Below, piece after piece: positions 49,154 to 57,124 of a stretch of 64,000 nt of DNA. The DNA is taken from assembly GCA_963781885.1 (NCBI GenBank), contig CAWAHW010000002.1, forward strand, positions 992,001-1,056,000. The letters run 5' to 3'. Every line of letters starts with the position of its first letter. Position 1 is the stretch's first letter. The notes under the pieces were generated by a model. That model ran no database searches. It was not told the DNA's origin and saw only the letters and a program-made list of their open reading frames with translations. Source of the DNA: an uncultured Spirochaetota bacterium. Its GTDB lineage: Bacteria; Spirochaetota; Spirochaetia; SZUA-6; Fen-1364. Both the position numbers and the translations under genes were made by a program.

Positions 49154-50147
49154 GCCGTCCGTCCTTGTGCTCCTTTTTGTCGCCGCTGTCGCATCGGCAG
49201 CTCCTGCCGTGCGGATAGAGGACATTGCGTCGGTGCGGGGGGTGCGGGGGAACCAGATACTCGGCATGGGCCTCGTGACCGGTCTCGACGGCAAGGGAGA
49301 CTCCTCGACGTCACCCCTGCTGCGGTCCACGCTGTCGTCGCTCGTGTCCAGCTTCGGGGTTGCTTTGGCGCCCGCCGACGTGCGCAGTAAGAACGCCGCC
49401 GTGGTCATGGTGAGCGCGGAGCTCCCGGCCTTTGCCCGGGCCGGCGACCGCATCGACGTCACCGTGTCGAGCTTCGGCGACGCGCGCGACCTGGGCGGCG
49501 GCATCCTCCTCCAGGCGAATCTGCAGGCGGCGAACGGGCAAACCTACGCCGTGGCCCAGGGCCGCGTGCTCACGACCAGCGATCCCAACGGCGCAAAGAC
49601 CGTCGGCAACATCTCCCAGGGGGCGATCGTGGAGAAGGACGTGGTCTCCACGTACCTGGACAACAATGTCGTCTCCATCGTCCTGCGCAATCCCGACTTC
49701 GTGACCGCGAGCGCCGTTCAGAAAGCCATCGAGGTCGCCTTCTCGGGCATCAGCGTCACGAGCAGGGATGCATCGCTCATCGACGTGCAGCTTCCCGAAG
49801 CGAACCGCGCCAACCCCGTTGCATTCCTCGCGCAGTTGGAGGCGCTCACCGTCACCCCGGACTCCGAGGGGAGGGTGGTGATCAATGCTGCCAACGGCGT
49901 GATCGTCATGGGAGAGAAGGTGCGCATCGGCAAGGTTGCCGTTTCCTACCGCACCGCACGGGTGACCGTGGGCGGCACCGGGTCCGCCGCGCAGCCTCCC
50001 GACATCTTCGTGCTGGGCGATACGACGACCGTGGACGACTTCGTTTCGGCCCTGAAGGCGGTGGGCCTCAAGGCGGACGTGATCATCGGCGTGCTCCAGG
50101 CCGTTGAAAAGGCCGGCGCGCTTTTCGGCAATCTCGTGATCATGTAG
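49137..50147 (+). CDS. flgI: Flagellar P-ring protein FlgI
   Basis: 'RIEDIA..RGVR.NQ..G.GLV.GL.G.GD', 'KNAAVVMV.AELP.FAR.G..IDV.VSS.GDA'. Confidence 0.95.
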   Translation: MLTCRKPSVLVLLFVAAVASAAPAVRIEDIASVRGVRGNQILGMGLVTGLDGKGDSSTSPLLRSTLSSLVSSFGVALAPADVRSKNAAVVMVSAELPAFARAGDRIDVTVSSFGDARDLGGGILLQANLQAANGQTYAVAQGRVLTTSDPNGAKTVGNISQGAIVEKDVVSTYLDNNVVSIVLRNPDFVTASAVQKAIEVAFSGISVTSRDASLIDVQLPEANRANPVAFLAQLEALTVTPDSEGRVVINAANGVIVMGEKVRIGKVAVSYRTARVTVGGTGSAAQPPDIFVLGDTTTVDDFVSALKAVGLKADVIIGVLQAVEKAGALFGNLVIM

Positions 50148-50156
50148 GGGGGGATC

Positions 50157-50456
50157 ATGCAGGTGACGTCGGTCAGCAACAGTTATTCGTACCCGCTCAA
50201 CAGCTCCCAGGTAAAGAAGCCGATCGATAAATCCAGCGAGCTGTACAAGGCCAGCGAAGATTTCGAGGCGCTTTTCATCAAGCAGATGCTCGACGTCATG
50301 CGGAAGACAATCCACAAGGAAGATGACCTCCTGGGCAACGGCATGGGTCAGGATATGTACGAGGACATGCTCTACGATGAATATGCAAAGAAGATGGCCG
50401 AAACCGCCCAGTTCGGGCTGGCCGACATGATTTATCAGCAGGTTTCATCGAAATAA
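50157..50456 (+). CDS. flgJ: Single-domain rod-binding protein (FlgJ N-terminal type)
   Basis: 'LYKASEDFEALFIKQML..MRKT', 'MYEDMLYDEYA', 'GLADMIYQQ'. Confidence 0.88.
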   Translation: MQVTSVSNSYSYPLNSSQVKKPIDKSSELYKASEDFEALFIKQMLDVMRKTIHKEDDLLGNGMGQDMYEDMLYDEYAKKMAETAQFGLADMIYQQVSSK

Positions 50457-50576
50457 TAGGCAACAACTGTATCAAAAAGAATACAATAGCACCAGATTCG
50501 GAATTCCAGTTGTCATTCTTATAATTAAATTCTTACGCAGTAATAAAATAATCGCAAATCTTGTGGCTCAAGCGAA

Positions 50577-50592
50577 TGGCATGAATATTGCT
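50577..50592 (+). promoter_or_regulatory. Sigma54 (RpoN) -24/-12 promoter
   Basis: TGGCAT-GAATA-TTGCT versus consensus TGGCAC-N5-TTGCW; correct GG-N10-GC spacing; preceded by a 120-bp AT-rich tract. Confidence 0.8.
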
Positions 50593-50614
50593 ACATAATG
50601 TGCAGGGTAGCTCA

Positions 50615-51460
50615 ATGAGCAGGAAAAGAGAGATATCGACTTCCACAGACGATAACCTCAAATCCTACTTCGACCAGATCAAGAAGGCCAAGCTTCTGAC
50701 ATTCGAGGAGGAGCTGGAGCTTTCCCGCAGGATCCAGGCCGGCGATGAGGCAGCCCGGTCCCGGCTCATCGAATCGAATCTCCGCCTTGTCGTGCGCATC
50801 GCGAAAAACTACCTGACGCCGGAGGTGACGATACTCGACCTTATCCAGGAAGGAAACCTTGGACTTATGAAGGCAGTCTCCAAATACGATTACAGGAAGC
50901 AGGTGCGCTTCAGCACCTACGCCTCGTGGTGGATCAAGCAGGCGATCGTCCGATCCCTTTCGAACAAGAAGCGCGTGATCAGGCTCCCGCATCGGCAGGA
51001 AGAGAAGCTGCGAAAGATCAACAAGATCTACAACAACCTGTCGCAGGTCCTCATGCGGGAGCCCTCCCTCCAGGAGATCGCCGATGAGATCGGGCTCCAG
51101 GAGGAGGAGGTTTCCTCCATCATCAATTCATCCGGATCGGTGGCCTCCCTTGATGCGACACTGTCCTCCGATTCCGGGAGCCTGCACGACATCGTGGAAG
51201 ATACCGCCTACGAGCCGAGCCAGGACCTCATGAAAAAGACCCTCCAGGAGGACACGCTGCGCTTTCTCAACGCCCTGCAGGACAAGGAAAGGCAGATACT
51301 GCTGTACAGATTCTCCTTCGTGAGCGGGAAGCGTTATACCCTGAAAAAGATCGGCGACGAGCTGGGAATTTCTCCCGAGACGGTGCGGCAGATCGAGCTG
51401 CGCGCCCTCAAGAAACTCAAGGGGTTCTCCGATGAGCTGAAGGAGTATGTCTACAACTGA
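50615..51460 (+). CDS. rpoS: RpoS-like alternative sigma factor
   Basis: 'NLRLVVRIAK', 'DLIQEGNLGL', 'FSTYASWWIKQAI', 'TLKKIGDELGISPETVRQIE'; 281 aa; position after flgI-flgJ matches my recollection of the Borrelia rpoS locus. Confidence 0.85.
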   Translation: MSRKREISTSTDDNLKSYFDQIKKAKLLTFEEELELSRRIQAGDEAARSRLIESNLRLVVRIAKNYLTPEVTILDLIQEGNLGLMKAVSKYDYRKQVRFSTYASWWIKQAIVRSLSNKKRVIRLPHRQEEKLRKINKIYNNLSQVLMREPSLQEIADEIGLQEEEVSSIINSSGSVASLDATLSSDSGSLHDIVEDTAYEPSQDLMKKTLQEDTLRFLNALQDKERQILLYRFSFVSGKRYTLKKIGDELGISPETVRQIELRALKKLKGFSDELKEYVYN

Positions 51461-51476
51461 GACTGCGGAATAGCTC

Positions 51477-52419
51477 ATGCCCCGCCGCGCCGCCCCCGCA
51501 CGCCGACTCCCGATAGCCCGTCTGGCCGCGCTCTTCATTTTCCTGCTCGCCGCCGCTGCCGTTGCCATTCTTGCCGGCTGCCCGCCCACACCGCCGCGCG
51601 CGGTGACGCCGTTCGCAGGCAACGCCGCCCGTGGCGACGGAAGGCCAGGAGCGCCGCCTCCCGCAGACCGAGACGACTGCCGCCCCTGGGCGCGCGGAAG
51701 GCACGGTGCCGCCGGAGCATCCCCAGCCGGAAAAAACCGGGCTTCTTTCGGTCATCATCGATGACGCGGGCTACAGCCTCGGCGAGCTGCAGGCATTCCT
51801 CGACCTGCCCGTGCCTCTCACCATATCCGTCCTGCCCAACCTGCCGCACAGCACGGAGGCGGCGCGAAGGGTGCTTGCCGCGGGCAAGGAGCTCATCCTG
51901 CATTGCCCGATGGAGCCTCTGGGCGGAGAGAATCCCGGTCCGGGCGCCTTGTACACCGGGGAAAGCAACGCACGCACCATCCAGCTTCTCGATGCCGCCT
52001 TTGCCTCTGTTCCCGGCGCAATGGGGATGAACAACCACATGGGCTCCAAGGCCACGGCCGACCCTGCGCTCATGGGCGACGTCATTGCCTACCTCAAGCG
52101 CCACGGTCTGCTGTTCATCGACAGCAGGACGACGGCGGACACCGTGGGCGCGCGCATCGCGGAGGAGCAGGGCGTGCGGGGAACGCAGCGGGATGTGTTC
52201 ATCGACGACATCACGACGGATGCCGAGATCGCTTCCGCCTTTGAGAAAGGCATCGGGGAGGCGCGGGCGCACGGCACCGCGGTGCTCATCGGGCATGTAC
52301 AGAACAGGGGGGTGATCGATATACTGCGCGCCGGCGCCGCGAACGCGGCGGTAAAAGGCGCGCGATTCGCGCGCCTGACGGACGTGATCGAAGAGCGCGA
52401 AAGGAATCCCGCACCGTGA
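51477..52419 (+). CDS. Divergent polysaccharide deacetylase family protein, with an apparent frameshift near 51610
   Basis: 'IIDDAG', 'LHCPMEP', 'GMNNHMGSKAT', 'FIDSRT', 'IGH'; the N-terminal TM anchor is in a different frame. Confidence 0.85.
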
Positions 52420-53429
52420 AGATACTCGGCATCGAAAGCTCGTGCGACGAATGCTCGGCCGCCGTCGTGGAGGACGGGCGGCGCATCCACAGCAATGTCA
52501 TCCTCAGCCAGATCGATTTTCACAAGCCCTACTATGGCGTGGTCCCCGAGATTGCCTCGCGGAAACACATTGAATGGATCGGCCCGGTCGTACGGGAGGC
52601 GCTGGAAAAAGCCGCGACGACCCTGGCCGACATCGAGGCTATTGCCGTCACCTACCGCCCCGGGCTCATCGGTTCCCTGCTCGTGGGTCTCTCTTATGCA
52701 AAGGGCCTTTCCTGGGGCCTGGGAAAACCCCTTGTCGGTGTCGATCATATCCTCGCCCACCTGTATGCGCCTCACCTTGAGCGGGACATCGCCTACCCGT
52801 ACCTGGGGCTCCTGGTCTCCGGAGGCCACACCATTATCGCGGTGGTCGAAAGGCACGACAGGATCCAGGTTCTGGGAACGACCATCGACGATGCGGTGGG
52901 GGAAGCCTTCGACAAGGTCGCGAAGTACTATGATATCGGTTTCCCGGGCGGGCTTGCCATCGACAAGCTGTCGGTGAGCGGCGATGCGCGCGCGTACAAG
53001 TTCCCCCGTTCGTCTCTGCACAAAGGCGACGCGCGCTATGACGTGTCCTACTCGGGCCTGAAGACGGCCGTCATCCACCAGAGCGATTCGTTCTGGAACG
53101 GGGAATCGGAAAAGAGCGTCGCCAACATTGCCGCCTCTTTCCAGAAGGCGGCGATCGACATCCTCGTCGACCGGACGCTCGCCGCCGCGGCGGACAACGG
53201 CCTGCGGCGAATCGTGGCCGGGGGCGGGGTCGCTGCCAACAGCTATCTCCGCGAGCGCATGGCTTCCGAGAAGGACGTGGAGGTGATTTTTCCTTCGCCG
53301 CGGTTGTGCACGGACAACGCCGCGATGGTCGCCGGATGGGGCTATCAGGCGTACGTCGAGGGGAATGTCGCGGACTTTTCGCTGAACGCCGAAGCGCGCG
53401 TCCCAATGTTCAAGAGGGCGTATCCGTAG
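52416..53429 (+). CDS. tsaD: tRNA N6-adenosine threonylcarbamoyltransferase
   Basis: 'ILGIESSCDE', 'GVVPEIASRKH', 'HILAH', 'LVSGGHT', 'DDAVGEAFDK', 'CTDNAAM'. Confidence 0.97.
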   Translation: MKILGIESSCDECSAAVVEDGRRIHSNVILSQIDFHKPYYGVVPEIASRKHIEWIGPVVREALEKAATTLADIEAIAVTYRPGLIGSLLVGLSYAKGLSWGLGKPLVGVDHILAHLYAPHLERDIAYPYLGLLVSGGHTIIAVVERHDRIQVLGTTIDDAVGEAFDKVAKYYDIGFPGGLAIDKLSVSGDARAYKFPRSSLHKGDARYDVSYSGLKTAVIHQSDSFWNGESEKSVANIAASFQKAAIDILVDRTLAAAADNGLRRIVAGGGVAANSYLRERMASEKDVEVIFPSPRLCTDNAAMVAGWGYQAYVEGNVADFSLNAEARVPMFKRAYP

Positions 53430-53489
53430 CACGCCGCAGACGTGCGAAGGGCGGCGGCCGTTGGAGGCCCGAAGGGCCGAAACGGCGGG

Positions 53490-53679
53490 AGCCACGGAAG
53501 GCGAGGCCGACGAGTCCCTTCCGCTCCTGGCGGAGTTGGAAGGACGGCAGGAGGCCGTAGCCACGGAAGGCGAGGCCGACGAGTCCCATGGATGGACGGC
53601 AGGAGGTCGTAGCCACGGAAGGCGAGGGCGACGAGTCCCTTCCGCTCCTGGCGGAGTTGGATGGACGGCAGGAGGCCAT
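53490..53679 (+). repeat. Three tandem hairpin-forming units (69/52/69 bp), GGA-rich
   Basis: Units start AGCCACGGAAGGCGAGG at 53490, 53559 and 53611 and end GGACGGCAGGAGGYCRT. Confidence 0.9.
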
Positions 53680-53759
53680 AGCGCGCCAGGCGGCTACAGG
53701 TTCGTTTCCTTCAGCTTCCGGCGAAACCGGGCGACGTTCCGTTTTGCCGATTTTTCAAT

Positions 53760-53788
53760 TTGACAAGGCATATGCACGTTATTAGACT
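53760..53788 (+). promoter_or_regulatory. Sigma70 promoter of the flavodoxin-like/apt unit
   Basis: TTGACA-17 nt-TAGACT. Confidence 0.7.
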
Positions 53789-53806
53789 TCTGTGCAGGAG
53801 TTAGGA

Positions 53807-54250
53807 ATGTACAAGGTGCTCATACTCTGGGCCCCGGATACTGCCGACAATCAGGCTGTTGTCGGCAGCGTTGTGCGCGCCCTGGAAAGCGACAGCTCCC
53901 ACGCGACCGCGCGGAAGGCGGTCGAGGCGACGATTGCCGACATCAACGGCTCCGACGTGGTGGTTTTCGGCGCGGGCAAGACGGGCGCCGAGGATGTGCC
54001 TGCCGATTTTTCCGAGTTCCTCCGCACTTTCAAGGGTGTGACGCTGGCCGGCAAAACGGCCGGCTTTTTCTCTTTCGGATCCGAGAAAGCAACGGCGCGC
54101 TTGCGCAAATCGCTGAAGGATACGGAGGTCTCCGAGATCGACGAGGATCCGCTCTTCAACGGCCAGATACAGGAGACTCCGGCCATCATTACGCAATGGG
54201 CCAGGAGGCTCATGGGTTTTCACCAGGAGGTGCGGAATGGCCGCACATGA
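53807..54250 (+). CDS. Flavodoxin-like fold protein (degenerate)
   Basis: 'KVLILW', 'DVVVFGA', 'LAGKTAGFFSFG'; lacks the S/T-x-T-G-N-T FMN-binding loop. Confidence 0.65.
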   Translation: MYKVLILWAPDTADNQAVVGSVVRALESDSSHATARKAVEATIADINGSDVVVFGAGKTGAEDVPADFSEFLRTFKGVTLAGKTAGFFSFGSEKATARLRKSLKDTEVSEIDEDPLFNGQIQETPAIITQWARRLMGFHQEVRNGRT

Positions 54251-54779
54251 AATCCTCGACAAGGCAATACGGAAGGTTCCCGGATTTCCAAAACCGGGCG
54301 TTCTCTTTTACGACATCACGGGGATCCTCGTGGATCCGAGTGCTTTTGCCTACTGCGTCGACAGGATGGAGGAGCTCTATGCCGGCGTGGAGTTCGATGC
54401 CGTGGCTGCCATTGAATCGCGCGGCTTCCTTTTCTCGGCCCCCTTTGCGCTGCGCCGGAAACTTCCCCTCATCCTGCTCCGGAAGAAAGGAAAGCTTCCG
54501 GGAGAAACCTACCGCATCAGCTTCACGCTGGAGTACGGGGAGGACATCCTCGAGGTTCATCGAAGCGACGTCCATGCCGGCCAGAAAGTTCTCCTGATCG
54601 ACGATCTCATTGCCACCGGCGGAACTCTTTCTGCCGCAGCCCAGCTTCTGGCACTCGGCGGGGCAAAGGTGACGGGCATATTCGGCGTCGTCGGCCTGCC
54701 TTTTCTCCACTATGACCGGGCCCTGACAGGCTTCAATGTGCGGACACTCATTCAATACTCAGCGGAGTGCGCGGAGTAG
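54237..54779 (+). CDS. apt: Adenine phosphoribosyltransferase
   Basis: 'FPKPGVLFYDIT', 'ESRGF', 'RKKGKLP', 'LEYG', 'IDDLIATGGT'. Confidence 0.96.
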   Translation: MAAHEILDKAIRKVPGFPKPGVLFYDITGILVDPSAFAYCVDRMEELYAGVEFDAVAAIESRGFLFSAPFALRRKLPLILLRKKGKLPGETYRISFTLEYGEDILEVHRSDVHAGQKVLLIDDLIATGGTLSAAAQLLALGGAKVTGIFGVVGLPFLHYDRALTGFNVRTLIQYSAECAE

Positions 54780-54794
54780 AATCCTCCCTTCCCC

Positions 54795-55805
54795 TCAGCA
54801 GATGCGCGGAAGCTGAAGGCCCCGGGGAAAATCCACGAGACGCCTGCCCCCGATGCGCGTCGTCAGCATGACCTTTCCCGGACAGGCACGCGAGACGTGA
54901 CCGACGCACCGGGCCGACTTGCCCAGAGGATGGGCGTGAAGCGCGCGCAGGGCCTCGTCCTCCATATGGCCGTCCACAATTGCGACGAACACCCCTTCAT
55001 TGGCGATCTCCATCGGGTTGAGTCCGAGCATGTCCGCCACGCCGCGCACGTCTTCGGAGACGGGGAATGCGGCGTCTTCCACGTCGATGCCCCAGGACGC
55101 GCCGGTCGCCACCTCGTTCAGGACGGAGGAAACGCCTCCGCGGGTCGCATCGCGCATGAAGCGCAGGCCCTCAGCGAGATGGAAAAGGCGGCTCACGGGC
55201 GGGTAGAGGAACGCCATGTCCGAGCGGAGCGTTTCACCGACGGGGAGATTCTCCCGCGCGGCCAGAATGGTGAGACCGTGGGCGCCGATGGGCGCGGAGA
55301 CGATGACGCTGTCCCCCTCCCGGATGCGCGTGGGTGACAGCACGTGTGGAAAGACGCGCCTGCCCACGCCTGCCGTGGTGACGAAGAGGCCGCCCCCTTT
55401 GCCGCGCGGAACCACCTTCGTGTCACCGGTGACGATCCGGGCATTCGCCTCGTGAGCGGCCGCCGCGGCGGATACCAGCGCCCGGCGCAGATCGTCCACG
55501 AGAAAGCCTTCCTCGATCACCAGAGCAAGAGACACGCACACGGGCTTTGCGCCGCTCACCGCGAGGTCATTGCAGGTGCCCAGCACGGAGAGTCTTCCGA
55601 TGTCCCCGCCCGGGAAGAAAGGCGGATCGACGACATAGCCGTCCGTCGTCATGAGGAAGTCGGAGCCGATCTCGATCGGGCTGGCGTCGAGCAGCTCGGG
55701 GTAGGAATCCGTGCGTAGCACGGGATGGATGACGGTCTCCACGAGATTGCGCGAAAGCGCCCCGCCGCTCCCGTGCTCGAGCCGGACGCGCCGGTCGTCG
55801 CTCAT
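54795..55805 (-). CDS. hypE: [NiFe]-hydrogenase maturation protein HypE
   Basis: 'HGSGG', 'TTDGYVVDPPFFPGGDIG', 'TGDTKVV', 'RDATRGG', C-terminal 'LPRIC'. Confidence 0.96.
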   Translation of the reverse strand: MSDDRRVRLEHGSGGALSRNLVETVIHPVLRTDSYPELLDASPIEIGSDFLMTTDGYVVDPPFFPGGDIGRLSVLGTCNDLAVSGAKPVCVSLALVIEEGFLVDDLRRALVSAAAAAHEANARIVTGDTKVVPRGKGGGLFVTTAGVGRRVFPHVLSPTRIREGDSVIVSAPIGAHGLTILAARENLPVGETLRSDMAFLYPPVSRLFHLAEGLRFMRDATRGGVSSVLNEVATGASWGIDVEDAAFPVSEDVRGVADMLGLNPMEIANEGVFVAIVDGHMEDEALRALHAHPLGKSARCVGHVSRACPGKVMLTTRIGGRRLVDFPRGLQLPRIC

Positions 55806-56881
55806 TGCGCCTCCCCGTACCGAAGGTAGGCGGCGCATGTTCCTTCGGAGGAAACCATGCAAGGCCCGACCGGATCGTCCGGCGTGCAGCGCGTTGCGAA
55901 AAGCGCGCACTGGGGAGGCGTATTGAGGCCCGCAATGATCCGCGCGCATAGGCACCCCGGCGGCTCGACGTCCACGGCAGGGGGAAGTGAGAACTCCCTT
56001 TCTGCGTCGTACGCGGAAAGGGACGGCTTCAACCCGAGCCCTCCGCCCGGGATCGCCCCCAGGCCGCGCCATGCGTCATCGCGCGGCTCCAGCGCCTCGG
56101 CCATCAGCTCCTGCCCGCGGGTATTCCCCTCCCTGCGCACCGCGCGCGTGTAAGCGTTCTCCACGCGGCATTCGCCCCGCGCGATCTGGCGGACCAGCAT
56201 GAGGATGCCGACGAGCATATCCAGTCCCTCGAATCCCGTGATCACGCCGGGCCTGCCGCCTTCCTGCTCCAGCAGGCCATATGCCTGCGCGCCGATGATC
56301 GTGGAGACGTGCCCCGGAAGCATGAAGCCGTCGATCCCGTGCACGGGGCTCGCCAGGAGGAAGCGCAAGGCAGGCGGCACCGTCTTGAACGCCGTGTAGA
56401 GGAAGAGATTGGAGATGCCCCTGCCCCGGGCCTCTTTCAGCGCCGCGAGCACGACGGGCGTCGTCGTCTCGAAACCCACGGCCAGGAACACGACGGGGCG
56501 ATCGGTGGCCTCCGCCATCGCCACGAGCTCGGCGGGGGAGTAGACCAGCCGCACACGACCGGTTCCCGCCAGAGAGTACAGGCTCCTACCCGCGCTGCCC
56601 GGCACCTTCATCATGTCGCCGAACGTGGCGATCAGCGCCCGGCCGGAATCCGCCAGAGCAAGGGCATTGTCGATGTAGCCGGAAGGCGTGACACAGACGG
56701 GACAGCCCGGCCCGGAAACCAGGACGATGGATTTCGGAAGAAGCGAATGAATGCCCTGCCGGCGCAGCTCCACGGTGTGGGTCCCGCAGACCTCCATGAG
56801 CCGCAGGGAACGGTCAGCACGCGCGGCGGCCGCCTCGATCTCTGCAACGAGACGGGAAGCGATCCTCCGCTCGTCGCTCAT
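55802..56881 (-). CDS. hypD: [NiFe]-hydrogenase maturation protein HypD
   Basis: 'MEVCGTH', 'GPGCPVC', 'GFETT', 'PGHVS', 'GPCMVSSEGTCAA'. Confidence 0.97.
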   Translation of the reverse strand: MSDERRIASRLVAEIEAAAARADRSLRLMEVCGTHTVELRRQGIHSLLPKSIVLVSGPGCPVCVTPSGYIDNALALADSGRALIATFGDMMKVPGSAGRSLYSLAGTGRVRLVYSPAELVAMAEATDRPVVFLAVGFETTTPVVLAALKEARGRGISNLFLYTAFKTVPPALRFLLASPVHGIDGFMLPGHVSTIIGAQAYGLLEQEGGRPGVITGFEGLDMLVGILMLVRQIARGECRVENAYTRAVRREGNTRGQELMAEALEPRDDAWRGLGAIPGGGLGLKPSLSAYDAEREFSLPPAVDVEPPGCLCARIIAGLNTPPQCALFATRCTPDDPVGPCMVSSEGTCAAYLRYGEAQ

Positions 56882-57114
56882 CCCGGCGGCTTCCCCGAAA
56901 GCTCGTCGAGCGTGCGGAAGAGGTCGAGCCGCTCCTCTGCCTCCTCGTTGCTGAGGGTCTCTATCGCATAGCCGGCGTGGACGATCACGTGGTCCCCCGG
57001 CCGCGGGTCTTTCAGCAGGGACACATCCACTTCCACGGTGGCCTTTCCCTGCGAGACGAGCGCGCGGCGCTCACCGACGAGCTTCTCTATCCGAACGGGC
57101 GTGGCAAGACACAT
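56878..57114 (-). CDS. hypC: [NiFe]-hydrogenase chaperone HypC
   Basis: 'MCLATP', 'GDHVIVHAGYAI'. Confidence 0.95.
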   Translation of the reverse strand: MCLATPVRIEKLVGERRALVSQGKATVEVDVSLLKDPRPGDHVIVHAGYAIETLSNEEAEERLDLFRTLDELSGKPPG

Positions 57115-57124
57115 GAACGGTCCC

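Noticed and set aside
53490-53679. CRISPR array
   Set aside because: Sequences between the conserved parts are repeated rather than unique spacers; no cas genes
53461-53785. ORFs with repeated ATEGEADES peptides
   Set aside because: Translation of the DNA hairpin repeat; the 52-bp unit breaks the frame
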